Assembly (NCBI GenBank): GCA_951406725.2 | Contig: OX597814.1 | Location: 193,998,001 to 194,062,000 of the forward strand | DNA length: 64,000 nt | Source of the DNA: Octopus vulgaris | Taxonomy: Eukaryota | Direction: 5' to 3' | In this document: piece by piece, positions 25,314 to 39,290 of the stretch | Position numbering within the stretch: the first letter of the stretch is position 1 | How the letters are laid out: the number at the start of each line of letters is the position of its first letter | The notes under the pieces: generated by a model | What the model saw: only the letters and a program-made list of their open reading frames with translations | Told to the model about the DNA's origin: nothing | Database searches by the model: none | Translations under genes and position numbers: made by a program

Positions 25314-27571
25314 TTCACGCACATGTATGCTAATGTTTGTTTTTATGTTATGATAAAAACAATTTTACATTAAATTGAAGGATTACTCAATACATTTGGT
25401 AGAGCATAAATTTATTATTCTTTTGCTTATTATTCTTTTGGTGGTGACAGCGTCGGCGGCTACGGTGGTGGTGGCGATGATTTGGCGGGGGAGAGGGTGG
25501 CGAAGCCGGTGGTAATGGTGTCCGTTTTTGGTGTTCGGTATTGCTGGTGGTAGTCATGGTTGTCCTGATAGTGATTTGCATTGATGGCGGTAGAGGTGGT
25601 GGTGTTGGTGGTGGTGGTGCGGCGGCGGTGATGGTGGTGGTGGTAGTGGTCCTGGTGGTCCTGGTGGTGGTCCTGGTGGTGGTCCTGGTGGTGGTCCTGG
25701 TGGTGGTCCTGGTGGTGGTGGTGGTGGTGCTGGTGATGGTGGTGCTGGTGGTGGTGGCGGCGGCGGTGGCGACAGTTAGCTTCAGGTCTGAGGTTTTAAA
25801 AAAAAAAATATACAGCAGTATATGATTTGAGGAAGATTAAGCATCTATTTCTACCAGGTCGAGCACACTATTTATAAAAGTATTTTCTCTTTGGCTGGAT
25901 CGGTGGGATTAGCTGTTTATACATAAAGTGATGTGTAAAACTCGAGTCTTGACATAACTAAGTCAAAAAACAACCCCAAAATAACAATGGTATTTAATAA
26001 CACCTTTACTTTATTTTATGAATTGTTTCCTACAATGGAACCCACACGACATTTAGAATATTCGAGTCATTAATAAAAAAAATGATGTTCCTATAAAATA
26101 CGAGACAGTTAATTAGATATTATAGTCGCCAGAATTTGGAGTCTTGGAAGCCTCAATAACCACAATCTTACTACTGTTTCGGTTGTTTAAAAAAAAGAGA
26201 GAAAAACAATGGGTTACAACAATTAACCCTCTTGTTGACCCCTTTTCTTCTTGATGTTGTTTCTGACAGACAAGCGGTGATGACACAAACAAAGACGAGA
26301 ATGTGTAAACGGATAAGTCACGTGTTGTCATAAGACTGTTGAGGTGTCGGCAAGTCCGTAATGGCGCCTGCAAACTCACTGGTGTGAATCTGAAGAAAGA
26401 CTTTCGACAAAGCTAGACGAATATGCCCAAAAGTTTAAATAAGCACGTCTATACCGACATATAAATCGCAAGCACTTTTTTATTCGTTTCTTGTTTAAGA
26501 TACTACCGCCTCCCCCAACATTCTCTCAGACGATTATAAACTGAATCCATTTCAATGGCGACAAATTACGGAAGCAACAGAAATATATATTTATTGCAGT
26601 AGTTATTATTGTATTTGTATTTATTGTTATTGCATTATTTGTTCAAAATGTCCCCCTTTAACCTGACAGCTAAACTAAACGATGTTTATAAGCGGAGTGG
26701 GTGTATATGAAGAAGGAGTAGGATGGTAATGAATTAACCAACGGAAAAGTTAAGTTCGGCCATTTCTTTTTTTTTATAAAAAAGAAAAATAGAAAAAGGA
26801 AATACCAAGTAACACCAACTTTTGTGCTTTCATGTTTACCTCTGACTTCCCATGTTGCAAAAAGTAGGTGGAATAACCGAAGTCTCATTAACTTATAGAT
26901 TATATATAGTGTGTAACAGGCCGTTATTACCACATTTGCATATAAGGTACACTTTTTCCTCAAAAAAATATCTCCAAAAATATAACTCTGAGTTCTCCTA
27001 TATGCAAGGTTGAAGGCCAATATTACATGCTTTAATGCACTAAAATCTTTTTTTCATGAATATGTGCTACTGAATTAGGGATGCGTCTAATGTACCCGTG
27101 TAGCCCCAGTTAGCTTCAATCAAGAATACCTATAAGACAATCGGATGTGATCTGTGGGAGATTCGGCTGTTAGTTTTACCTTGTAGATCAGTAGATCTCA
27201 ACCTTTTGTTCTTTAGTGCCTCCTTTCACAAAATGGCGTTTTACAAACGCCTCTACCCTGTTTTCTATAAACAAAAAACGAAAAACAGCAGATCGTCTTA
27301 ATCAAACAGAAATTAATTTTACAGAGTGGTTATATGTTTTAAACCAGCGAGTGCCATCTTTTGGATATTTCTCTCTTCTACCATTTACTTGTTTTAGTCA
27401 TTGGATTGCAGCCATGTTAGGGTACCATCTTAGAGAATTTGGGTGAGCAAATCGACCACAGTACATATTTTTAAAGTCTTCTTATTCAATCGGTCTTTTA
27501 CCGCATCGCTAAGTTACATAGACTTAAACAAATCAAAGTGAGTTATCAAGCGGCGGGAGGGCAAACACACA

Positions 27572-27602
<31 letters not shown>

Positions 27603-27678
27603 CATACAACAATAACAATATACATACATACAACACACACACATACATACATATATACATGCATACATACACTTCCTG

Positions 27679-27864
27679 AAGGAACATTACTAAAATCCAC
27701 ACAGAAAGATCAAATACATACATATATTCATATATTCATTTATATCTACAGAACAGATATAAAGTCCGACGATTAAAAATATAATAATAATATAAATGAA
27801 TATATGAATATATGAATATATGTATGTATTTGATCTTTTTGTGTGGATTTTAGTAGTGTTCCTT
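27679..27864. repeat. Fold-back inverted repeat, ~67-bp arms
   Basis: aaggaacattactaaaatccacacagaaagatcaaatacatac... pairs with ...gtatgtatttgatctttttgtgtggattttagtagtgttcctt. Confidence 0.85.
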
Positions 27865-27882
27865 TAGTTACTGCTCGCATTT

Positions 27883-28114
27883 TTATTTCTTTATTGCCCA
27901 CAAGGGGCTGAACATAGAGGGGACAAACAAGAACGAACAAAGGGATTAAGTCGATTACATCGACCCCAGTGTGTAACTGGTACTTATTTAATCGACCCCG
28001 AAAGGATGAAAGGCAAAGTCGACCTCGGCGGAATTTGAACTCAGAACGTAGCGGCAGACGAAGTACTGCTAAGTATTTCGCCTGGCGTGCTAACGATTCT
28101 GCCAGCTCACCGCC
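27883..28114 (-). mobile_element. SINE A monomer
   Basis: Full copy; flanks share ttagttactgctc, consistent with a TSD. Confidence 0.85.
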
Positions 28115-28320
28115 TTAGTTACTTAGTTACTGCTCACATTGCCTCCGCTCAGATTAAGAAATGGAACATAGCTCATTTGGAGCACTACAACTCCAGTTTG
28201 TTTTATATTTGGAGTATTGTTATTACTAGCGATCTCTAGATATAATTGTGTTTTGTATTTCATGCATACATACATACATACATACATACACACACATACA
28301 TACATACATACATACATACA

Positions 28321-28352
<32 letters not shown>

Positions 28353-28361
28353 GCAACAACA

Positions 28362-28745
28362 GTGGAGGCGCAATGGCCCATTGGTTAGGGCAGCGGACTC
28401 GCGGTCGGAGGATCGCGGTTTCGATTCCCAGACCGAGCGTTGTGTGTGTTTATTGAGCGAAAACACCTAAAACTCCATGAGGCTCCGGCAGGGGGTGATG
28501 GCGACCCCTGTTGTACTCTTTTGCTCCAACTTTCTCTCACTCTTTCTTCCTGTTTCTTGTCCCCGACTTCCTACGCAACCGCTGAGCCTGGATGCACATT
28601 CATCCATCCGTCGATGCTCTCGGTGTCGGGTGGTTAACCTGCTTTCTCTTCTGCGGGTCTTACGAATAGCAAAGGACCACGTTTCGGACTTCTCCCACTC
28701 TGGGACGAAGATCACTTCGTTCAACAAACAAACAAACAGCAACAA
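28362..28745 (+). mobile_element. SINE family C (tRNA-Arg-like head; resembles octopus OR-type SINEs)
   Basis: tggcccattggttagggcagcggactcgcggtcggaggatcgcggtttcgattccc; (CAAA)n tail; related head at 35946 on the minus strand. Confidence 0.75.
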
Positions 28746-28779
28746 CAACTCCAAGTCTTAATATTTCTCCGTTCCAACT

Positions 28780-29760
28780 AAATTAACACCACATATACAT
28801 AGTCACCACGTAAGAAAATTTCTCGAATTACCCTAAACCAACAAAGTAACGGACCCAAACGATGTTCTTCTCTATCCTCATAGAGTTAACTCCTGTTTTC
28901 CTCACACGGTTCAGTAATTCTGTCTATACTTAGATTTATCCAAGTCTATCGATACACACGAGAGAAGCCTTTATGATCCTAGTAACTACCGTACTGACGC
29001 GCTTACGTTCAGCAATACCTTGATTCTCCTTCCCTCCTTAGTAACCATCAGTGAAGTTTCTCCTGAGCAGAGCTTAAAAGAGATTTTTCTTCTGCATATG
29101 TCACTGGTGACCACTCGCCTTTTTATTCTTATTTTTACTTTATAGGGCTTTTGCGAACTTATGAGCAATAAAGTCTTCGGCCACATCTGACATCCAAAAC
29201 TCTAAGTTAAGTTGATTGACTCCGACCTGTCTAGTAACCCTTAATCGAGAGTTTTTTTTTTTTTTTCATCAGACTCGTCAAAAACAGCTTGTACTGTCGG
29301 GTTTCTTTCTGATCCATTCTATCAACTCAGCAATTATTCAAAGTTCTGTTCTGAGCTCCACACTCTTCATTCTGTGAACAGCATCCAAAACAAGCCATTC
29401 GGCTGTTTGATTAAGGATCATTCACAAACCGGCCAAGATCACTGATCTTGAAACACATTGAACCTTCTCTTCGACCTTACAACTACCAATAGTTTCAAAC
29501 TCTTCTGAACTGTCAAGTTACCACTACAATCCTTCAGTCTCTTAACATCTCATCATTCATTCTGTATTTTACTCTCCCCAACACGATCTCAAATCCCCGC
29601 GAAATATCTCAGCCTACATTGTCGCTTAGCCCCTCTCAAGTCCTCAACAAACATCACTGCCTGTTTTGTTTAGCTTCAGACCATTTCTTATCAAATAGAC
29701 CAATAATCGAAAGCTTTCCATCCGTGACCATCATTTTTCAAACTCACCAGTATTTATTTA
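28780..29760 (-). mobile_element. Highly decayed LTR-retrotransposon (Bel/Pao-like) integrase remnant
   Basis: Fragments WLVLDAVH...IAEL..WI...TVQAV recall the integrase zinc-binding region; many stops. Confidence 0.3.
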
Positions 29761-29851
29761 GAAGTCCGTTTGTATTCCTATATATTCTACATGTATGTGT
29801 ATATGTGAGTATATATGTTTTTATGCATAACTTTTTCTATATACTTTTCAG

Positions 29852-29969
29852 TTTCTACAAGACCAAGTCAGTCACCTACAGGGTGAAATGCTGGATATTA
29901 AGAACACATACAGTGAAGTGAGTTTGCTACGAGATAGGCTTACCTTATTGGAAAAACTTGTAATTAAAG
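29852..29969 (+). CDS. 118-bp coiled-coil exon (FLQDQVSHLQGEMLDIKNTYSEVSLLRDRLTLLEKLVIK)
   Basis: Acceptor atacttttcag|, donor AAAG|gtaaga; phase 0 in, phase 1 out; heptad-spaced L/V/I. LRDRLTLLEKLV recalls the LAERVLILE motif of the EMID1/COL26A1 C-terminal coiled coil (from memory, not aligned). Confidence 0.82.
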
Positions 29970-30312
29970 GTAAGATAATTCCCTTAATATTATTTGCCAA
30001 TGAAATACCAAAATATTTAAATTTAAATGACTTTTTTGTTACCAGAATAAACATCAGTGTATATATATATCATATTCATTATCAGCAGTATCCGTTCAAA
30101 ATAGTATTTTGTATATCTAAGTTAATGTGGATATACTGTAAAAGGCCAACAATATTCGATATTCTTCTCGAGAAAGCACCTCGTATACAAACGTATAGTG
30201 CTAAAAAGCACAGAAGTATATCAGTGGCAGACGTAAAACGCCCATCATCAGCAGTGGAACTGCTAAATCTAGATTTCTGCTTCTTTGGGCGTCATCAGCA
30301 GCAAGTATCCAC

Positions 30313-30394
<82 letters not shown>

Positions 30395-30397
<3 letters not shown>

Positions 30398-30735
30398 AAG
30401 GCGCATGGCTCAGTGGTTAGAGCGTCGAGCTTACGATCGTGAGGTTGTGAGTTCGAATCCTGGACCGGGCTGCGTGTTGTGTTCTTGAGCAAGACACTTT
30501 ATTTCACGTTGTTCCAGTTCACTCAGCTGTAGAATTAAGTTTCGACGTCACAAGTGCCAAGCTGTATCGGCCCCTTTGCCTTTCCCTTGGATAAAACTGG
30601 TGGCGTGGAGAGAGGAGGCCGGTAAGCATGGGTGACTGCTGGTCTTCCATAAACCACCTTGCCCAGACTTATGACTAGGAGGGTAACTTTCTAGGTGCAA
30701 TCATACGGTCAGTCATGACCGAAGGGGGGGTCTCA
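30395..30735 (+). mobile_element. SINE family D (tRNA head plus Meta/MESC-like core)
   Basis: Second copy at 41819-42156; core gtgttcttgagcaagacactttatttcacgttg. Confidence 0.8.
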
Positions 30736-31026
30736 AGTGGTGGTGGTGGTGGTGGTAGTAGTAGTAGTTTCTGATTTAGGCCCAAGACCGACAATTTTTA
30801 TTGGAGGTGGGAATTAAAAAATACTATGGGTCACTGCACGTTCACTGGTACTGAGACTGGTATTTCATTTTATCGGTCACGAAGGGATGAAAACCAAAGT
30901 TGACCTTGGAAGTTTTGTGACGTTCTCAGTTCAAAAGTCACCGAGGTCAACTTTGCTGTTAATCCTTTTGCGGTCGAAACTAGTCAGGCACTGGGACCAA
31001 TGGTATTTGATCAGAAACCAATAATC

Positions 31027-31099
<73 letters not shown>

Positions 31100-31577
31100 C
31101 AATAATAATGATAATAATAATGATAATAAATGCCCTAATGCAGTATCTGGCAATGACTCTCATGGCTTCTGACCTTAACTGATCGGAAGTGTTATCATGT
31201 ACATCATTTTATCCTGGTATAAAAGATGGGTTACAACAAATAATCTGCTCAATGCCACAGATTTACTCGTCAGTTGTTTGACCTTAACCAGTTGAGCATG
31301 TCCCTTAGTGGATCTCTGATCACGAGCAAAAGTAGTGGGGGAGGATCATAGCCATGTATTGAGAGGAATTCTTTCGAGTTTGAATAATTCATCCCTGGAA
31401 ACATGGGTCTATTGTTCATCATCCTTAAAACAAACTTTTGAGCGGGAAGGGCTACTCGACCTGAAGAAAATTATAACTAGTGCACCCTTATCAGATGGGT
31501 ATACTGAACTTCATATATTTTAACCCAGTGTCACTTTGACGGCATGCACTGCTCTCTCACTCAATAGTAATAATAAC

Positions 31578-31636
<59 letters not shown>

Positions 31637-31838
31637 TAATAATATTGCTGATAATAGTAGTAGCAGTAGTAGTAGTAATGATGAAGAAATTAATAATAAT
31701 AATAATAGTAGTAATGACTTTAGGATTGTCATTTGTGATGATGTTATATATTCAGAATGTCTTTTTCTCAAACGTATAAACTTGTTGATATAATTGTTTT
31801 ATTATTAATATAGTTATATAACTGATTTTGTGTATGTG

Positions 31839-31904
<66 letters not shown>

Positions 31905-32150
31905 TGTTGTTCGATTTGATTGATGGATGGGTGTATATTAATCTATATACATAACATACCTCGATATTGTGTCTAATATTGTCTATGTATGTACGTCTAA
32001 TGCCTTTTTGATGGAAGTTCGATGTGACGTTGACATGTGTTAGTCTCAGTGTGTATGCGTATTACATAGGTACAAGTCTTGCGTTAGTATATGCATGTGC
32101 ATACCTCTCTGTCTGCCTCTTTGTATGTATGTCGTTCTCTTACGGACGGG

Positions 32151-32561
32151 GGATCTTTTCTATTTGAACGGCAGTTTTTTTTAGCGGTGTCATATGAAAT
32201 TGTCACCCATAATTATGACCCTAGTATTGATCTATTGTATTTCAATCTGTTTTAGGGTTAGGGGTGGGGAGAAGGGTATCTTTTTTTCTTCAGAAATGTA
32301 AATAAACCCAATCTGTTTCTTAAACGAGGGACATATTCATACGGCACAGAATGTTTTCACCTCAATAGACGTCATTGATTGGTTGAAATTGCAGAAATTG
32401 AAGAAAAAAAGCAACAAATATCTTACAAACTATAGAATTTCCTCAATAAACCCAAAAGAAAAAGATGTTTTCTAAACACATTCTACCAGTATACGAAGTT
32501 TAAAAGAGTTTAGTTACGTGGAAATTATTTTTAAAAACTGCCGTTCAAACCGAAAAGATCC
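32151..32561. mobile_element. MITE with GGATCTTTTC TIRs (copy 1)
   Basis: About 29-bp TIRs; TSD cggacggg (8 bp); short TTAGGG run. Confidence 0.9.
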
Positions 32562-32764
32562 CGGACGGGAAATTATATTCGATATCTATTTTAGTATATT
32601 TAATATTTTACTTGTTTTGCACTCCAAATAGCAAAAACTAAAACGGCATAAATTGAAATTAAATTCGATAAGAGCCGAATATTCTACAAACACGAATTTA
32701 AATTTCGTTTTTGTATTTCCTAATCGTGAATTCCAATTTGAAATAGAATTTCAGATATTCTTTT

Positions 32765-33211
32765 GGATCTTTTCGGTTTGAACGACAGTTTTTTCTAGCG
32801 GTGTCATATGAAATTGTCACCCATAATTATGACCCTAGAATCGATCTATTGCATTTCAATCTGTTTTAGGGTTAGGGTTAGAGTTAGGGTTAGTTAGGGT
32901 TAGGGTTAGGGTTAGGGTTAGGGTTAGGGTTAGTGGTGGGGGGAAGGGTGTCTTTTTTCTTCAGAAATGTAAATAAACCCAATGTTTCATACCGCACAGA
33001 ATGTTTTCACCTCAATAGACGTCATTGATTGGTTGAAATTGCAGAAATTGAAGAAGAAAAACAACAAATATCTTACAAACTATAGAATTTTCTCAATAAA
33101 GCCAAGAGAAAAATATGTTTTATTAACACATTCTACCAGTATACGAAGTTTAAAATTTTTTAGTTACGTGGAAATTATTTTAAAAAACTGCCGTTCAAAC
33201 CGAAAAGATCC
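32765..33211. mobile_element. MITE with GGATCTTTTC TIRs (copy 2), with internal (TTAGGG)n
   Basis: Homologous to copy 1; TSD cagatattctttt (13 bp); about 10 TTAGGG units at 32866-32933. Confidence 0.9.
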
Positions 33212-33321
33212 CAGATATTCTTTTTTATTTTTTTTAGAACCGATGCGCTTTTTTTCTCCCCACCCCCCACTCGATCTTTGGTTTTTAGGTACATATATCT
33301 GCGGGACAGATAATGAAAAGC

Positions 33322-33740
33322 CGGCGAGCTGGCAGAATCGTTAGCAGCCCAGGCGAAAGGCTTAGCGGTATTTCGTCTACCGCTACGTTCTGAGTTAAAA
33401 TTCCGCCGAAGTCGACTTTGCCTTTCATCCTTTTGGGGTCGATTAAATAAGTACCAGTTACGCACTGGGGTCGATGTAATAGACTTAATCCGTTTGTCTG
33501 TCCTTGTTGTCCCTTCTGTGTTTAGCCCCTTGTAGGTAGTAAAGAAATAGGTATTTCGCCTGTCTTTACGTTCTGAGTTCAAACTCCGCCGAAGTCAACT
33601 TTGCCCTTCATCCTTTCGGGGTCGATAAATTAAGTACCAGTTACGCACTGGGGTCGATATAATCGACTTAATCCGTTTGTTTGTCCTTGTTTGTCCCCTC
33701 TATGTTTAGCCCCTTGTGGGCAATAAAGAAATAAGAAATA
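33322..33740 (+). mobile_element. SINE A dimer
   Basis: Head plus two bodies; tail caataaagaaataagaaataag. Confidence 0.85.
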
Positions 33741-34671
33741 AGAAACGTTAGCCCATCAGACCAAATGCGTAGCAGCATTTCATCCAACCTTTTACGTGCT
33801 AAGTTCAAATCCCGCCGAGGTCAACTTAACCGTTCATCCGTCCGGGGCCAATGAAATAAGTATCAGTAAAGTACTGGGGTCGATATGATCGACTAACCCC
33901 CTTCCCCAAATTTCAGGCATAGTGCCTATATTAGAAATATTTCTTACCGTAAATATATGTACTCAAAACCAATGATCTTTGCTTTTTATTTCCAACTCAG
34001 TTTTAGCAATTTTCTGACTGAGAAGAAATTATAAAATATTTATATTTAAAATAAAATATTCGAATCAATTTCTCCCTCCAAACCACATCTCGTAGTCTCT
34101 GCATAAGCATGTTCTATAAGTAAGTAGTAAAGTCATTGTAGCCGTATTTATCGTAGTCTGTAGTTCTTTCTGATTTTAATATTGTTATCCACAAACAATA
34201 TCTATCTGTTTTTCTACCACTACGATAATCTCACTTCTCTCACTCTGTCGCCCCGGTTCTCATTCTGTCATCTCATCCTTTTCAACTCGCTTTTTTGGTC
34301 ACGTTGCCTTGGACGAGCGGGACCGACGTAGATTAGAAAAATACTCTTTAGTTTTGCCGAGGAGGAGGCGACCTCTCTAGTGCTGGTGCCATAATAAAAT
34401 GCACCCAGTATAGCTTGTAAAGTGATGGGTATGGAGGAGCGGCAAATGTTTGTAGAAAGCATGACTAAAAGGGAACGTGAGCAGAAGGCGTGATCGCTGA
34501 GCTGTCTATTAGGGTAGTAACTGAAAACAAAGGACTTGGACCGTGGTGAAGCATCCAAGTTGTACTTGCATAGAAAGTGGATGTAAAACGATAATGATGA
34601 AGAGGAGTTGGAGGAGGAGGAGGACGACGACGACGACGATGAGGATGATGATGATGATGATGATGATGACA

Positions 34672-34710
<39 letters not shown>

Positions 34711-35637
34711 AAGTAAACTGTATATATATGTTATATCCGCTTGCAAGACTGTGTTGTTAAAAAGTTCAGTTAGCAACCACATGGTTTCAAGTTCAGTTTC
34801 TCTTCGCGGCTACTTGAGTAGACGTCTTCAGCTATAGCCCTGTGTCGATCATTGCTTTTCGAATAAATATGATTGCAGAAATTGTGCGGAAGCACGTTGC
34901 ATACGTGTGTGCGTGTATGAGTGTGTATGTATGTGTGTATGTATGTATGTATGTATGCATGCATGCATGTATGTATGTATGTATGTATGTATATATGTAT
35001 GTCATTATTCAGTTTATTTCAAGATTTCTTGTCGATAGAGAAAGCGCCTGTTTCTAACCTAGATTCAAGGCTCCTTCACTGGAATTTCAACATCAACAAC
35101 AGGATATTTTTGTATGTATGTATGTATGTATGTATGTATGTATGTATGTATGTATGTATGTATGTATGTATGTATGTATGTATGTTTCTATGTATGTATG
35201 CATTTATTTATGCGTACTGCATATATTCCATTTGTATTAAACTACATTTGAATATATAGCCTACGTAATAATTACCTATTCAGGCAAGTAAATGACAGAA
35301 TCAATAACGCATGAAGAAAATACTTCGCAGTATTTAATTATGTCCTCTTTTCGTTGTGAGTTCAAATTTCGCTGTGGCCAGCTTAATCATTACTCTTTCA
35401 AGATCGTTATGAAATGAAATACTAGCCAGATATTATCTCTCGAAGCTCTCTACTACAACCTTTGATAGAAATTATCTATCTTCTATTGTTAAGGGTTGTT
35501 GAATGCAGTATCTGGAAAATACTGGATATAAATGCTTGCGTAGTATTTACTGAAGGCGCTTGGTGGAATGGAGAAGGTGTTGGGCCTCATTACTGTGAGT
35601 TCGATTCCTGAGATGAGAATTTCACGATATTCTGGTC

Positions 35638-35946
35638 ATCTTGTTTGATCCTTCTCGAGCCATGCCTGGCTCATTAAGGGCCGGTTTCCCGATTTGCTTG
35701 GCGTATAGGTTCCCCACCTGGACGGGACGCCGGTCCGTCGCAGGTGAGCTGCCTGATGCAGGAAGAAAGAGTGAGAAAACGTTGTGGCGAAAGAGTCAGC
35801 AGAAGTTTCGTCATTATCTTCTGCCTGAGCCGCGTGGAGCTTCGGTGTTTCGCTCATAAACACACACATCGCCCGGCCTGAGATTCGAACCCGCGATCCC
35901 TCGACCGCAAGTCCGCTGCTCTAACCACTAGGCCATGTGCCTCCAC
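35638..35946 (-). mobile_element. SINE family C-related copy with a different tail
   Basis: Minus-strand head gtggaggcacatggcctagtggttagagcagcggacttgcgg...ggttcgaatc. Confidence 0.75.
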
Positions 35947-36486
35947 TTTGGTCATCTTGGTTAAAACATGTGTCGAAGCGGATGGCTGGTACAGCTCTTT
36001 CTCACTTCAGCTGTCACATCTTAGACGTAAGAACTGGAGATTCCAACGAAACAACTTAGATGTTCCTATGGGATAAAGATGGAATGTTCTGGAGGGTGTC
36101 TGTGCCTACACGTGATTTAATACACATCGAAAACCAACCAGCAAAATCATAGTACAAGTAACCAGAGCATACTCGCTTGTGAGTGACGGCTAAGAATTTT
36201 CTTTTTATTTACTTAGGTCCAATTTCTTGGAATCTGTCATGACCTTTATTTAACAAAGCTATCTCATAAACCAGATTCATTTTCGGTTTTCTCTCTCTCT
36301 CTCTCTCTCTCTCTTCCTGCTTTCTTTCTTTCTTTCTTTCTTTTTTGCACATTCCAGTTGTCATCTAAAGGCAAGATGCAACAATGAACGTTGGTATACG
36401 ATTTGCGATGGAAATATAAACTATTCCAATTATACGAATATGGCAAACAGATCCTTCTATGTGAAGTAATGTAAACTACTGTGTGT

Positions 36487-36570
<84 letters not shown>

Positions 36571-37721
36571 TCTTCCGATGTCAAACATTGCTGATCTCGG
36601 GACATGATATCCATCTTCATAAAACAATCACACTGATTTCGTTGTAATGCGTGTCTCTTTATTTTCTAATTCTTCGAATTCTTGCCATAAAGAAGCGACT
36701 GCTTTCCAACGACTAAACAAAGCTCCTTCTTTGGAATTCAGATAACAACCGAAGTAACGTCTTGAATTTCATATAAAAGTCATAAAAGCCATTAAAGATT
36801 CTGTTACAGAATGAATTTGCTGGGAGACAATCACACACATAAAATGTACAGAGAATTTATACTGCAGTCTTGTTGCTGTATAAATTCTTCATTATAGGCG
36901 TAGACATGGATGTGTGGTTAGAAAGGTCTCTTTGCAACCACCTGAGTTAGAGTTCAGTTCCACTACCCGGCATCCTTGGAAGCGAGTCTTTTACAATAGC
37001 CAGACGAAATACCTATTTCTTTACTACCCACAAGGGGCTAAACACAGAGGGGACAAACAAGGATAGACAAAGGGATTAAGTCGATTACATCGACCCCAGT
37101 GCGTAACTGGTACTTATTTAATCGACCCCGAAAGGATGAAAGGCAAAGTCGACCTCGGCGGAATTTGAACTCAGAACGTAACGGCAGACGAAATACCGCA
37201 AAGCATTTCGCCCGGTGTGCGTCAGACAAAATGCCTTACGATATTTCTTTCGACCATCACGCTCCGCGTTCAAATCCTACCGAGGATTTCACCCTTTGTT
37301 TTTTGGGGTTTTTTTCACCCTTTCTCAGTCGATAAAATAAGCACCAGCCAAATACTGAGGTCGAAGCAATCGGATAACACTCTCCCCTTTAAATTGCGGG
37401 CCATGTGCCAAAATTAGAAACAATATACACATATATATATACTCAGGGGTGGCTGTGTTTTGGTGCAGGCATGGCTGCGTGGTAAGTAGCTTGCTTCCCA
37501 ACCACGTGGTTCCGGATTCAGTCCCACTGCGTAGCATCTTGGACAAGTGTCTTCTACTAAAGCCTCGGGCCTTGTGAGTGGATTTGGTAGACGGAAACTG
37601 AAAGAATCCTGAGACCAATAGAATAAGTACTAGGTTTACAAAGAGTAAGTCCTGTTCGACTAAAAGGCAGTGCTACAGCATGGCCGCAGTCAAATGACTG
37701 AAATGAATATACATGTATATA

Positions 37722-37813
<92 letters not shown>

Positions 37814-38029
37814 TATTGTTCATAGACAATACGCACAGCCACACTTTCACACAGGGACACGTAAGCGCATATCCTCATACAGAGCTCTGAGAGGATATTT
37901 ATGTATGTATTGTCTATGAACAATATGAATATGTTTCTGTGTGAGTGTGCGCGTGTGTATGCTGGGTGTTCTTGTAAGACTACCTCATACACCCATATAA
38001 ATAACTATACACCCGGTGCTTGTTTATCG

Positions 38030-38239
38030 ACCTGCATGTGTCTGTATGTGTGCGTGTATGTGTGTGTGTCTGTGTGTGTCTATGTGTGTGTGTCTGTGTG
38101 TGTCTATGTGTGTGTGTGTCTGTGTGTGTTTGTGTCTGTCTGTGTGTACGTGTGCCTGTGTGTGTGTACGTGTGTGTGTGTGTGTCTGTGTGTGTGTTTG
38201 TGTCTGTGTATGTGTCTGTGTGTGTGTCCGTGTCCCTGT

Positions 38240-38276
<37 letters not shown>

Positions 38277-38950
38277 ACTCACCCATGTCCTCTATAATTA
38301 ACTGTTCGGCTGATATGCATGTGGATGCCTTTGTATGCATCAAGTGGCAAGTGTGTCTATGACTGCTACTTGGTGCGTCGTCACTGCATGTGTGTGCATT
38401 TCAATCCTCGCTCAAGATAATACCTACATATATGTGTATGTATGTATGTATGTATGTAAGCATGCATGTATGTATTTATATATGCATGTATGTATGTATT
38501 TATGTATGTATGTATGTATGTATGTATGTATGCATATGTATGTATGTATGTATATGTATGTATGTATGCATGTATGTATGTATGTATGTATGTTTGTATG
38601 TATGTATGTATGTATGTATGTATGTATGTATGCATGTATGTATGTATGTATGTTTGTATGTATGTATGTATGTATGTATGTATATATGTATGTATGTAAG
38701 TATGTATGTATGTATGTATGTATGCATATGTATGTATGTATGTATATGTATGTATGTATGCATGTATGTATGTATGTATGTATGTATGTTTGTATGTATG
38801 TATGTATGTATGTATGTATGTATGTATGTATGTATGTATGTATGTATGTATGTATGTATGTATGTATGTATGTATGTATGTATGTATATGTATGTATGTA
38901 TGTATGTATGTAAGTATGTATGTATGTATGTATGTATGTATGTATATATG

Positions 38951-38984
<34 letters not shown>

Positions 38985-39290
38985 TGCATGCATGTATGTA
39001 AGTATGTATGTATGTATGTATATATGTATGTATGTATGGATGGATGTACGTATGTATGAATGTATGTATATATGTATGTATGTGTATGTACGTTTACATC
39101 ACACACACACATACACATACACATACACACATACACACAGATACACTCACATATATATGTTACATATAGTTATATATGTTATATATATAGTTATATATAG
39201 TTATATATATATAGTTATATATATATATATATAATTATATATAACAGTTATATATGTTATATATATATATATATATAGTTATATATGTAC
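38030..39290. repeat. Compound microsatellite (TG)n / (TATG)n / (TA)n
   Basis: Directly visible; source of the long spurious ORFs. Confidence 0.95.

Noticed and set aside
25640-25760. (GGT GGT CCT GGT)n that could encode silk-like GGPG repeats or extra collagen
   Set aside because: No splice sites or third-position variation; part of a (GGT)n microsatellite.
28362-28440. tRNA genes at SINE heads (also 30395, 35870-35946, 41819)
   Set aside because: No intact acceptor stem; each continues into a SINE body.
32866-32933. Telomere or chromosome-fusion scar
   Set aside because: The TTAGGG tract is internal to a MITE with TIRs and a TSD.
38335-39136. Long ORFs of 190-250 aa (MYVC/HTYI repeats)
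   Set aside because: Translations of (TATG)n; the same applies to the other YI, HT, VC, KER and poly-V/I/N ORFs.
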